Under the pieces are notes generated by a model. It had not been told where the DNA came from. It made no database searches and worked only from the letters and a program-made list of their open reading frames with translations. A program made the position numbers and the translations under genes. A DNA stretch of 64,000 nt from a virus, in the IMG/VR virus record IMGVR_UViG_3300035660_000001, positions 64,001 through 128,000 of that record; one strand, given 5' to 3'. Positions 48,183 to 57,227 of the stretch are shown one piece after another. Positions within the stretch are counted from its first letter, which is position 1, and every line of letters begins with the position of its first letter.

Positions 48183-49300
48183 AGATCGCGACCCTCTTCG
48201 GGACCCGCCCGGAGATCATTCGGCTTTCTCTCGTGATTGAACGGCTTGACCTTCTCTGCGAACAGATCGTCGTCCACACCGGGCAGAACAGCGATCCCTG
48301 CCTCTCCGAGGTGTTCTTTGAGGAACTCGAAATCAAGAACATTCTCCGGCGCCTCATGATCACGGGGGAGACCTTCGAGAATCGGGTTGCCGACATTTTC
48401 AACAAGGTTGGAGATCTCTTTCGGAAGGAGAGGCCAGACCGGGTTCTTATTCTGGGGGATACCGACAGCGGTCTGGCGGCGATCGTGGCCAAGAGAATGG
48501 GAATTCCGGTCTACCACATGGAGGCCGGGAACAGATGCTACGACAATCGGGTGCCGGAGGAGGTTAACCGGAGAGTGATCGACCACGCCAGCGACATCTT
48601 GATGCCCTACACCCAGCGGAGCAAGGAAAACCTTCTGCGGGAGGGGATCCCGCCAAACCGCATTTACGTTACGGGGAATCCGATCTACGAGGTCATCTGC
48701 CGTTGGGGAGAACAGATAAGGCAGTCTAACGCTTTATTTTCTGTTCAGGAACACCCCCTGCTGTCCGGGCGGTATTTTCTGGCGACCTTCCATCGGCAGG
48801 AGAACGTGGACATCCCGAACCGGCTGACGCACATCATCCAGGGGCTGTCCCTCGTGGGGGATCATTATTCGATGCCTGTGGTCGTTAGCCTGCATCCCCG
48901 GACGAAGGATAGAATAAATCAACTCATACTTCTCGATGAGATCGATCTTAGCAAGTGGGTTGCCTTCCGGGATCCCTTCGGTTTCTTCGACTTCGTGAGG
49001 CTCGAGCAGAACGCCTGCTGTATCTTGACCGACAGCGGGACGGTCCAGGAGGAGGCTTGTATTTTCAAGGTTCCGACCGTCACGGTCCGGGATACGACCG
49101 AGAGGCCGGAGACCCTCGAGTGCGGGAGCAACATTCTCTCGGAGGCCGATCCGGAAGCCATCCTGGGGGCCGTGGAGACCGTCTTTTCTGGAACAGAGGG
49201 GGATCAGGATGGTTGGTGGAAGGTTCCCCCCGAATACGAGAACGGGTCTGTATCGAAGGCCGTAGCCAAAATCCTTTTAGGACATCACCATGATACCTGA
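48179..49300 (+). CDS. fnlC: Non-hydrolysing UDP-HexNAc 2-epimerase (FnlC/Cap5G/WecB family)
   Basis: GTRPEIIRLS, HTGQN, LGDT, HMEAGNR, PEEVNR, TDSGTVQEEA, TERPE. Confidence 0.85.
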   Translation: MKIATLFGTRPEIIRLSLVIERLDLLCEQIVVHTGQNSDPCLSEVFFEELEIKNILRRLMITGETFENRVADIFNKVGDLFRKERPDRVLILGDTDSGLAAIVAKRMGIPVYHMEAGNRCYDNRVPEEVNRRVIDHASDILMPYTQRSKENLLREGIPPNRIYVTGNPIYEVICRWGEQIRQSNALFSVQEHPLLSGRYFLATFHRQENVDIPNRLTHIIQGLSLVGDHYSMPVVVSLHPRTKDRINQLILLDEIDLSKWVAFRDPFGFFDFVRLEQNACCILTDSGTVQEEACIFKVPTVTVRDTTERPETLECGSNILSEADPEAILGAVETVFSGTEGDQDGWWKVPPEYENGSVSKAVAKILLGHHHDT

Positions 49301-50183
49301 TTATCTGATAACCGAGTTCAATCCGCTGTTTGATACCCAAGATCCCCGCTACCGGATCGAAGTCGTGGTCACCACGAAGGAGCGGTACACCAACCTGTGC
49401 ATGCTCCTGTCCTCCCTGCTCGCTCAGAACTACGGGAACTGGGATTTGACCGTCGTGGACGACAACGAAGGGGCAAGGCCGATCAGCGAGGTCTTCCCGA
49501 CGTGCAACATTCTCGATCAGCTCAACCACCAGGGGCATAACTGGCGGGTGATCTGGGGGCCGAAGTGTGGGCCCCATGCCGCCTTCTATGCGGGGTTCGT
49601 TAACCGTCGCCACGAGCTTGTGGCCAATATCGATGACGACTTCGTGCTCTTCCCGAATTACCTTCAGTGGATGGTCGTCCCCTTTGTGCAGTGCGAGCAA
49701 ATCCTGGGCCCGGGGAAGATGCTGGGAGGCGTGGGTAGTGTCTACCTCCTGCCCCGGATGACCCTCGAGAGCCAGGTTGCCCCGAGTAACTGGGCGTCCG
49801 TCACCATGTTCGGGGGGAAGATGAAGCCGATGACCCCCCTCCTGCACCAGACCCTCTCCCCGGACGTCAATCTCAAGGAGGCCGAGCACATTAACTCCTG
49901 CTTCCTCGTTTCGGGCTCCGCCGTGGACGCCTCCGGAGGGATCTGCCTCGATTATTCCCCCGCAGGCCACCGCTGGGAGAGCGATCTCACCTACCACATG
50001 TTCAAGAAGGGCTACATCCTCCTGGTCCAGCCCCGGGCGATCGCATGGCATTATGCCTCCCTTGAGGGCGGCATCCGGGTGACGAAGGGCGTCCCTAACC
50101 CCGAGAGCTACTGGATTGCAGACCAACAGTTATTCGACCGCAGAATGTCGGAGCTCGATGGAACGAACCCCCCGGCTCTGTAA
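49290..50183 (+). CDS. GT2 glycosyltransferase
   Basis: VVTTKER, VVDDN, NIDDD (DxD), ESDL. Confidence 0.75.
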   Translation: MIPDYLITEFNPLFDTQDPRYRIEVVVTTKERYTNLCMLLSSLLAQNYGNWDLTVVDDNEGARPISEVFPTCNILDQLNHQGHNWRVIWGPKCGPHAAFYAGFVNRRHELVANIDDDFVLFPNYLQWMVVPFVQCEQILGPGKMLGGVGSVYLLPRMTLESQVAPSNWASVTMFGGKMKPMTPLLHQTLSPDVNLKEAEHINSCFLVSGSAVDASGGICLDYSPAGHRWESDLTYHMFKKGYILLVQPRAIAWHYASLEGGIRVTKGVPNPESYWIADQQLFDRRMSELDGTNPPAL

Positions 50184-50298
50184 TCTCTGTGACGCAGACT
50201 CCTCAAATATGAGTTTGGAGTTGTGTCCGAAATGTCGTGCTATACTTTCCGAGTTCGAGAAAAGGGAGCTCGATGGAACAAACCCCCCGGCCATCTAA
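50158..50298 (+). CDS. 46-aa CxxC...CxxC mini-protein bounded by a 27-bp direct repeat
   Basis: CNLC...CPKC; flanked by GGAGCTCGATGGAAC(G/A)AACCCCCCGGC at 50150-50176 and 50265-50291. Confidence 0.45.
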   Translation: MERTPRLCNLCDADSSNMSLELCPKCRAILSEFEKRELDGTNPPAI

Positions 50299-51199
50299 CT
50301 GGTACACCCTCGTAATCGACGGGGGCATCGGGGATCATATCTGTGTCACCCCGATGCTCCGGGCGACCAAGAAGGCCTACCCGGACCACCACATCATCGT
50401 CTCGGCATGCTACTGGGACGTCCTGGACGGGAATCCGAACATCGACAAGCTCTTCCACATCTCTGCGGAGGATGCTCGGGAGTTCTACGAGGACTGGGTC
50501 ATCCCCCAGAAAGACCCCAAGAAAACCATCCGGGCGGACCTCTACACCCGGCGCTGGAATCACGTTTACGACGGGCTCCAATCTAAGGCTTGGTCGGAGA
50601 TCTGCGGGCTTCCCTGGGACAACGACGAGCTCGAGGTTTTCCTCCGCCCGTCCGAGCTTATTTGGGGCATGGAGTTTATCAAGAACTTTGGCGAGAAGGT
50701 TGTCCTGATCAACAGTGCGGCCGCTAACATCCCTCTCACCGGGAAGAAGGGGACGCCGAACAAAGACTGGTTCCACGATCGCTGGGTAGCCCTCGTAAAG
50801 CGGCTCCGGGAAGCGGGTGTCTCCGTCCTCCAAATCGGAGGCAACGGGGAGACCTGTATCCCCGGAGTAAACGCCAACCTCTGCGGGGGCCTCTCGATCC
50901 GTCAGACCCTGTCTATTCTCACGTTCTGCTCCTCCTACGTCACGGTCGAATCCTTTATCGGCCATGCGGGCCCCGCCGTCGGGAAACCGGGGGTCGTTCT
51001 CTTCGGAAGAAGCAACCCCCACATCTCCGGCCACGCCATGAATACGAACCTGTGGATCCCGGGCTCCTGCGATAACTTATTCTGCTGTCGGCCAGAGGGA
51101 TATTACCTGGACGGGTTTAATTGCCCCTCGAGGCCCTGCATGAGCTCAATTACTGTCTCTGCCGTTTTCGACGCTTTAGCCCCTCTCATCCCCCTTTAG
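50273..51199 (+). CDS. GT9 glycosyltransferase
   Basis: GGIGD...TP, NPNID, KDW, ESF.GH, GVVLFG. Confidence 0.85.
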   Translation: MEQTPRPSNWYTLVIDGGIGDHICVTPMLRATKKAYPDHHIIVSACYWDVLDGNPNIDKLFHISAEDAREFYEDWVIPQKDPKKTIRADLYTRRWNHVYDGLQSKAWSEICGLPWDNDELEVFLRPSELIWGMEFIKNFGEKVVLINSAAANIPLTGKKGTPNKDWFHDRWVALVKRLREAGVSVLQIGGNGETCIPGVNANLCGGLSIRQTLSILTFCSSYVTVESFIGHAGPAVGKPGVVLFGRSNPHISGHAMNTNLWIPGSCDNLFCCRPEGYYLDGFNCPSRPCMSSITVSAVFDALAPLIPL

Positions 51200-51356
51200 G
51201 AAGGCCTCCCAGACAGCCACCTGATGCCCCTACGGTGCATCTAAGGCCTGGACTGACCTAGATGCCCTGTCCCGCAACCCGACCCGCCCTGGGAAGGGCT
51301 TAGTGCACGAACATACCCCTCCGAGAAAGATTTCCTAAGATTTTCCCGCAACCCCC

Positions 51357-51385
51357 TTGACTTGCACTTTGGATTATGCTATACT
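51357..51385 (+). promoter_or_regulatory. Early sigma70-type promoter
   Basis: TTGACT-N17-TATACT with extended -10 TG. Confidence 0.8.
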
Positions 51386-51442
51386 CTTGTCGTAGCGAGC
51401 AGGTATTCGAGCCCTTAACCCCAAGTGAGGAGGAGAGCAGAG

Positions 51443-51763
51443 ATGGACAAGCGGACGTTGATCGTGAGGACGGACGGGACGGTGTTCGACGCCGGGGACG
51501 GCGGGATCTTCTTGATGAGCGGAGTTCGGGTTCCTCCAAACGAACCCACGGACGATCGCCACATCGCCGACACCAATAAGAATGAGGTCGTGCGGAGGTG
51601 GAATGCCTTCCCGGAATTCGTTGAGTCATTGAAGCAGAGCGTGGCCTGCATGGAGCACCTCGACAAGTTGCTCCTCGATCTGGCGGGACAGAAAAAGGAG
51701 TGCGACCGGGGTGAGGTAGCCAGGGCGAAGGAAGTTCTGGCCGCCTGGGAACCAAAGGTTTAA
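51443..51763 (+). CDS. Hypothetical early protein
   Basis: Strong GAGGAGG RBS; first gene after the promoter. Confidence 0.6.
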   Translation: MDKRTLIVRTDGTVFDAGDGGIFLMSGVRVPPNEPTDDRHIADTNKNEVVRRWNAFPEFVESLKQSVACMEHLDKLLLDLAGQKKECDRGEVARAKEVLAAWEPKV

Positions 51764-51773
51764 GGAGGAGAGC

Positions 51774-52058
51774 ATGAGTCAGGTGTGGCCGGAAGGTTGG
51801 AAGAAGGAAAACTGGGTGACGGCGTTGTCGAGGGAGGGATTCCAAATCTGGATTCCCCGATCCGTCGAGGAGACCCTGCCCGCCAGTTTCTGTGCGGAGG
51901 TTCAGAGGGTTTACCCGGAGGGCAAGCGATGTCAGAACTGCCCGGCGCAAGATTACTGCGTGAAGGTCATGAACGAGGAGGTCGACTACCCCAAGGTGCT
52001 GGCCTGGATTTACGCCTGGGCGAGAACATTGAAGGTGAAGTTACCGAGTGCGGTCTGA
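51774..52058 (+). CDS. Hypothetical protein with Cys cluster
   Basis: AGGAGG RBS; C...CQNCP...C. Confidence 0.55.
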   Translation: MSQVWPEGWKKENWVTALSREGFQIWIPRSVEETLPASFCAEVQRVYPEGKRCQNCPAQDYCVKVMNEEVDYPKVLAWIYAWARTLKVKLPSAV

Positions 52059-52112
52059 GGTTTTACTCATTGATGTATCGACGTTAACCCCAATTCAAAA
52101 GGAGAAGCGGAA

Positions 52113-53183
52113 ATGTCACACAATCTGATGGAGAGAGCGGACGGAAAAGGGCACAGCATGTTCTGGTTTGGGGAGTCGCCCTGGCACGGTTTGGGGACTC
52201 AGCTGAACGGCCCGGCCACGTCCAAAGAGGCCATCACAGCCGCAGGGCTTGACTGGCCAGTTAAGAAGTATGAGCTGTTCGCCCAAGAGGAAGGGGAAGG
52301 CGATCCGTCCTTGCAACCCTGTCTGCGGGTCCCGGACAAGTTCGCTACCGTTCGTGAGGACGGGGACAAGCGGGTTGTCCTGGGCGTGGTGGGGAAGCAG
52401 TATACCCCACTGCAGAATACGGAAGCCTTCGGCTTCTTCGACAACATCGTGGGGGAGGGTCAGGCGATCTACCACACAGCCGGGGCCCTGGGCCAGGGCG
52501 AACGCATCTGGGTCCTGGTCAAGCTTCCGGACAGCATCCGGGTTCTCAAGGGGGACGTGGTCGACAAGTACCTCCTCCTTTACAACACCCACGATGGGTC
52601 CAGCTCGGTCGGTGTGAAGTTCACCCCGATCCGGGTCGTCTGTCAGAACACTCTGCAGATGGCGACGGGGGACGGGAAGAAGGCTTACAAGGTTCGGCAC
52701 TTCCCGGACGTGGCCGTCAACCTCGACAAGGTGGCCGATCTGATGGGCATCGTGCGGAAGTCCTACGATCAGATCGAAGAGCTCATTAGGGAGACCGCCA
52801 AGGTTCCCATGAACAACGAGCGGGCCGTGAACTACTTCAAGGCCGTTGTTCTCGACGATCCGAAGGCTGTGAGCCCGGACGAAATCCGGCGCAACGATCG
52901 CAACGCCTTCATCCGGAACGAGATGATGAGGCTGGCGAACGAAGGCCGGGGATCGAACATCCCTGGTGTCAGGGGGTCGCTGTGGGGCGCCCTGAACGGC
53001 GTGACGGAGTTCGTGGACTACCAGGACACCCGCAGGGGCGGGGGAGAGGGACGCCTCGAGCGCATCTTGTTCGGGACGGGCTCGGACCTCAAAGCGAGGG
53101 GTTTCGCGATGGCCACGAAGATCGTGGACGACGGGCCGGATGCCCTCGACGCCATCCTGAAGAACGCCTACAAGGGCGCGTAA
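52113..53183 (+). CDS. DUF932/DUF945 phage-plasmid protein
   Basis: PWHGLG, AGLDW.V, Y.PLQN..AF.F.D, TAGAL..G...W, HDGS, TPIRVVCQNTL, WGALNGVTEFVD. Confidence 0.9.
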   Translation: MSHNLMERADGKGHSMFWFGESPWHGLGTQLNGPATSKEAITAAGLDWPVKKYELFAQEEGEGDPSLQPCLRVPDKFATVREDGDKRVVLGVVGKQYTPLQNTEAFGFFDNIVGEGQAIYHTAGALGQGERIWVLVKLPDSIRVLKGDVVDKYLLLYNTHDGSSSVGVKFTPIRVVCQNTLQMATGDGKKAYKVRHFPDVAVNLDKVADLMGIVRKSYDQIEELIRETAKVPMNNERAVNYFKAVVLDDPKAVSPDEIRRNDRNAFIRNEMMRLANEGRGSNIPGVRGSLWGALNGVTEFVDYQDTRRGGGEGRLERILFGTGSDLKARGFAMATKIVDDGPDALDAILKNAYKGA

Positions 53184-53249
53184 TCGATCTGAGGAGGAAT
53201 GGGGAGGGACGGTTCGCCGCCCCTCCCCTAACCCATTCAGGAGAATAAC

Positions 53250-53912
53250 ATGAGCGGCTACGACCTTACCGAGAAGTTACTGAAGATCAAGTCCGGCGTC
53301 CCTGCCGGGAAGTCCGGATCGTGGGAGGTGGAGAAGTTCACGATCACGGAGGCCGAAGCGAAGTTTGAAAGGATGCGCCACACGGTCCAGGCTATGCAGG
53401 GTCGGGGGTTCCGGGCTCCGGATCCCGGGAACTATACGAAGCTCACAAGGAACGGTGAGTGCATCATGTCAGACACCACTGCGGAGATGGAGGACATGCG
53501 ATCCCTGGTTAATCGTGCGGAGGGCAACGTCCTCATCCACGGCCTCGGCCTCGGGTTGGCCACGGAGATCTGCCTACAGCATCCTGCGGTCAAGTCCGTC
53601 ACCGTGATCGAGCGGTCGGAGGACGTGCTCAAGCTTGTGGAGCCCTATCTTACAGGGAAATACTCAGCCTCAGATGGCCGTCACCAATATCCGCAGGGTC
53701 GGTGTCTTACCATCATCCAGGCCGACGCCTTCGTGTGGCGTCCCCCGAAGGGTGTGGTCTACGAGACCATCTGGAGCGACATCTGGGACAACCTCTGCAC
53801 GGACAACATCGCCGAGTTCACGAAGCTCCGGAGGATTTACTGCCGGAAGAAGAAGTGGCATGGCTTCTGGTGTGAGACGGACGTTCAGCGCCTCAAGATG
53901 AGAGGATGGTAG
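53250..53912 (+). CDS. Spermidine-synthase-like class I SAM-dependent enzyme
   Basis: MSDT..E, VLIHGLGLG, VTVIE, IQADAF, DIW. Confidence 0.7.
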   Translation: MSGYDLTEKLLKIKSGVPAGKSGSWEVEKFTITEAEAKFERMRHTVQAMQGRGFRAPDPGNYTKLTRNGECIMSDTTAEMEDMRSLVNRAEGNVLIHGLGLGLATEICLQHPAVKSVTVIERSEDVLKLVEPYLTGKYSASDGRHQYPQGRCLTIIQADAFVWRPPKGVVYETIWSDIWDNLCTDNIAEFTKLRRIYCRKKKWHGFWCETDVQRLKMRGW

Positions 53913-53914
53913 AG

Positions 53915-54211
53915 ATGAAACACCTACCATTATCCCGGCCAGCCTGCGGGTCGCATCGGAAAGTCCGGGGCGAGGTCATCAAGGTCGTGAAGGCCAGAAA
54001 CTGCAAGGCTGGGCCCTTCGAGATGAAGTCCTACTTCTACCCCGGCCACAAGATCGTTCGTGACCGCTACGGTCGGACGTATGATTTCATCGACGGGAGC
54101 ATCCACGGACTCAGTGCGAATTTTAAGAAGGGAACGAAGGTGTGGGTCCAGGTGCAGTGGGGCCCGTCCTACAGCCTGCCCTTCGCCTGGATCCGGAAGG
54201 ACGGCGAATGA
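53915..54211 (+). CDS. Hypothetical protein
   Basis: Coupled ORF in the early operon. Confidence 0.5.
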   Translation: MKHLPLSRPACGSHRKVRGEVIKVVKARNCKAGPFEMKSYFYPGHKIVRDRYGRTYDFIDGSIHGLSANFKKGTKVWVQVQWGPSYSLPFAWIRKDGE

Positions 54212-54456
54212 GAAATAGTGAATTCAAACACAATCGGGCGAAGGCTGGCGGGAAGGGCTATGCCGCATCTCGCAGACGCCGGGCCCCTCTTCGGAAGGTC
54301 GTGATGGAGCTCGTCGGCGGCATGGAGCGTCTTGAATGCGGGCATGAGATTTACCCGCCTCGGGACATGATAGGCCGGACGAACGCGAACGCAAGACGAT
54401 GTCTGAAGTGCCTGATGGAGAAAGATCAAATTCTAAAAGAGGAGGTTCAGTCATGA
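54208..54456 (+). CDS. Hypothetical zinc-ribbon protein
   Basis: LECGH...RRCLKC. Confidence 0.55.
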   Translation: MRNSEFKHNRAKAGGKGYAASRRRRAPLRKVVMELVGGMERLECGHEIYPPRDMIGRTNANARRCLKCLMEKDQILKEEVQS

Positions 54457-55220
54457 AGAAGTTCCTGTTAGTAATCGCAGTGCTCGTGATGAGCGCAACC
54501 GCTTATGCGGCGGACACCCTCACGACGTTCGCCAACATGGAGAGCACCTACGTCGCTTACAACGTGAGGTACATCTGGGGTTGGCAAACTCCTTACGGAG
54601 GTTATCTGTTTCGGGCGGATTCAGTTCACTTTGTCTCGCCGAGTCACAGCCTACGGTTTCCGGGGAGTAATACAGATGTAGCAAAGAACTTCCTGAAGGT
54701 TCCGTCCATTCACGGGCCTGGAACCTACCAGGTGCATCTTAACGTGAAAGTGAAGTTAGTGAATATCGGGCGAACGAATGATTCAACCTGGGTTTCCTAC
54801 ACGGGGATAAGGGGGTTCTGCAGGGACAGCAACCCTGGTGGGCCTACGATGTGGGAGGCGTGGCGAACGGACACCCTGCCATACGACACGCTTTGGCATA
54901 TCCTGGACGAGGACTTGATGACCATTGTCCTGAAGACGGGGGACTCTCTCCGGGTGAGGGATACATTGAGCCAGATTACCATTGCGAGGCTGTCTGTCGG
55001 AGACAGCTCCTGCGTGGACGATGCTTACCTTACGGGGACGTTCACGCTCAACGGAGTGGAGGAGGGTCCAGCGGAGCCGAAGGCTACGGTCCACGTCAGC
55101 GGCTTGAGGCCGGGGATTTACGATCTCCTGGGCCGCCGGGTCGATCAGATGGAGCACTGCGGGATCTACTTCGTGGTCGGTCGTGACGGATCCCGGACGA
55201 AGGTCGTTCATCTACGGTAA
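54453..55220 (+). CDS. Secreted protein with Sec signal peptide and a T9SS-CTD-like C-terminal sorting domain
   Basis: MKKFLLVIAVLVMSATAYA|A signal peptide; C-terminal GVEE...IYDLLGRRV...GIYFV...TKVV. Confidence 0.65.
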   Translation: MKKFLLVIAVLVMSATAYAADTLTTFANMESTYVAYNVRYIWGWQTPYGGYLFRADSVHFVSPSHSLRFPGSNTDVAKNFLKVPSIHGPGTYQVHLNVKVKLVNIGRTNDSTWVSYTGIRGFCRDSNPGGPTMWEAWRTDTLPYDTLWHILDEDLMTIVLKTGDSLRVRDTLSQITIARLSVGDSSCVDDAYLTGTFTLNGVEEGPAEPKATVHVSGLRPGIYDLLGRRVDQMEHCGIYFVVGRDGSRTKVVHLR

Positions 55221-55224
55221 TGCC

Positions 55225-56385
55225 ATGAGCGTAATCTTAGAAGTCGTCTACGATCCGTCGAAGCGGAAACTGCGGGTGCGACCGCAGGGCAGGGATGGCT
55301 GGGTTCAGTTCCCGAACGGCCTCCGGACGGAAGGCGCTCGTTACGAGGTGGACGATCTCAAGGCCGATCCCACAGGTTTCTACCGTGTGGTCGGGTCGAT
55401 CCGGCCTTGCACCTCTCGACCCGTCACCTTAGAGGCCACGACGCCACACCTCGTGAAGGCGGCTAAGGTGGTCGAAGCCCGGAGCGTCGATCAGGTCGCC
55501 CGGAGCACCTACATGGGATGCAAGGGACAGACGCCGAGCGATCTGCTCGGGGACTACGATGAGGGCTACATCGCCGATCTGAAGCTCGACGGGAACTGGG
55601 GTGAGTTCCGGTTTGATCACCAATGCAGGTTGCGGGTGACTTCCCGATCGGGCATGGATGCCACCAACCGGAAGGGTATCCGGGAGTGCGTGGAGCGATT
55701 GGAGGCCTCGGCCTTGAAGTGCAGACTGCACGACACGATTCTGATCGTGGAGAACATGATTGGGACGCAGATCGGGGTCAAGGCTCAGGAGGAGTTCGGG
55801 TTTGCCCCAAACATCGTATTCGATGTGATCGGGGTCCAGGGAAAGAACCTCTGCGACGCCTTCCTGATGGATCGGAGGCGCCAGCAGGAGGAGATCGTTC
55901 GGAAACTTCAGGCCCATCTGCCGGAGGGGATGCTTCGGAACGTGGAGTGGTGGGACGGCAAGTTCAAGACCCAATACGACAAGATCATCGCCCGGGGCGG
56001 GGAGGGGCTTGTCCTCAAGCTCAAGAATTCGATCTACCGATCCGGGATCGACTCGCCGGACTGGATCAAGTGCAAGAAGGAAGTGGAGTCCGACATGGTT
56101 CTGATGGGCGTGACCTTCTCGGATGCGAAATCCTATGTCGGCGAGGGCCTGATCAAGTGCATCCGGGTCGGGATGTTCAGGGACGGAGAGCTCGTTCACG
56201 TCAACGATGTCGGGGCGATGACCGTGGAAGATCGCCGCTGGTTCACCAAGAACTGGAAGGCTAACGTCGGGAAGCTCGTGGTGGAAATCCACGGCTGGGA
56301 GCGGTTCGAGTCCGGAGCCCTCCGGCATCCGGCGTTCAGGCGTATCCGCACGGACAAGAGAGCAGAGGAGTGCATCCTATCATGA
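55225..56385 (+). CDS. ATP-dependent DNA ligase with an extra N-terminal domain
   Basis: KLDG (motif I), VFDV, EGLVLK, WIKCK, LRHPAFRRIRTDK. Confidence 0.9.
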   Translation: MSVILEVVYDPSKRKLRVRPQGRDGWVQFPNGLRTEGARYEVDDLKADPTGFYRVVGSIRPCTSRPVTLEATTPHLVKAAKVVEARSVDQVARSTYMGCKGQTPSDLLGDYDEGYIADLKLDGNWGEFRFDHQCRLRVTSRSGMDATNRKGIRECVERLEASALKCRLHDTILIVENMIGTQIGVKAQEEFGFAPNIVFDVIGVQGKNLCDAFLMDRRRQQEEIVRKLQAHLPEGMLRNVEWWDGKFKTQYDKIIARGGEGLVLKLKNSIYRSGIDSPDWIKCKKEVESDMVLMGVTFSDAKSYVGEGLIKCIRVGMFRDGELVHVNDVGAMTVEDRRWFTKNWKANVGKLVVEIHGWERFESGALRHPAFRRIRTDKRAEECILS

Positions 56386-56705
56386 GCGTCATTCTGGAAT
56401 GCGTCTATGATGACGTGAAGCACAAACTGCGGGTCCGCCCGCAGGACAGGAACGGCTGGGTCCAGTTTCCGAAGGGCCTTCGCAGGGAGGGGGCTCTGTT
56501 TGAGGTCGACGATCTCAAGCATGATGCCCGGGGCTTCTGGCACGTGGTCGGGGATATCCGTCCCTGCACGTCCCTACGGAGGGAGATGGAGAGGACGGAG
56601 CGTCGGCCTGCACCCCGGCCTACGGTGCGAGCTCGGGGGCGGGATGCCCAATCGCCCGTCCCTACCGATGATGACGCACCGTTCGGCGTTGTGGGGGGCT
56701 TGTGA
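56382..56705 (+). CDS. Stand-alone copy of the ligase N-terminal domain, with C-terminal FGVVGGL tag
   Basis: MSVILE.VYD..K.KLRVRPQ.R.GWVQFP.GLR.EGA..EVDDLK is shared with the ligase N-terminus. Confidence 0.7.
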   Translation: MSVILECVYDDVKHKLRVRPQDRNGWVQFPKGLRREGALFEVDDLKHDARGFWHVVGDIRPCTSLRREMERTERRPAPRPTVRARGRDAQSPVPTDDDAPFGVVGGL

Positions 56706-56726
56706 GGCCACGATCTGCAGGTCTTG

Positions 56727-56763
56727 GGGTTTACAGTATCCCCTACGGGGATACTGTAAACCC
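56727..56763. repeat. Perfect 17-bp inverted repeat (hairpin), possible terminator or operator
   Basis: GGGTTTACAGTATCCCC-TAC-GGGGATACTGTAAACCC, between an operon end and the next promoter. Confidence 0.8.
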
Positions 56764-56827
56764 TGGGTGGATAGTGCACGAAGATGCCCTACTTGGAAAA
56801 GATTTTTAAGAATTCTCGTCAAAGCCC

Positions 56828-56856
56828 TTGACTGTCAATCTGAGGTATGTTATAAT
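56828..56856 (+). promoter_or_regulatory. Early sigma70-type promoter
   Basis: TTGACT-N17-TATAAT with extended -10 TG. Confidence 0.85.
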
Positions 56857-56907
56857 ATAACCGTAGTCAGAAGGTAATCCCCTAACCCCAAGTAGGAGGA
56901 GAGCAAG

Positions 56908-57225
56908 ATGTCAGACGTGAAGATCAGCAGGACGCAGACCATCGTGGGTTATGACTTTCGGAGCGGCATCGATTCCGGCCTAGACATTTTCAGAGGCCGG
57001 GGAGAGATGCTCGACGAAGGCAAAGCTCCGGTGGTCTTTACCTGGGAAGCCCGGAAGGACGGAAAGAAGGCCCACCTGAGCGTGGCCATCATCCTTCCGA
57101 AGAACGCCCCAGAGGAAATGGCGGACATTACTAAGAGGCTGTATCCGGCCATTCTCGACAGCATCAAGCCTCCCAGAAAATCCCGCAAGGCTTTCAAAAT
57201 CCACGTCGGCGAAGAGAGGAGCTAG
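56908..57225 (+). CDS. Hypothetical early protein
   Basis: AGGAGG RBS after the TAACCCCAA leader motif. Confidence 0.6.
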   Translation: MSDVKISRTQTIVGYDFRSGIDSGLDIFRGRGEMLDEGKAPVVFTWEARKDGKKAHLSVAIILPKNAPEEMADITKRLYPAILDSIKPPRKSRKAFKIHVGEERS

Positions 57226-57227
57226 CC

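Noticed and set aside
51200-51300. Hammerhead or third twister ribozyme
   Set aside because: Some hairpin potential, but the CTGATGA/GAAA core and the twister pseudoknot elements could not be assembled.
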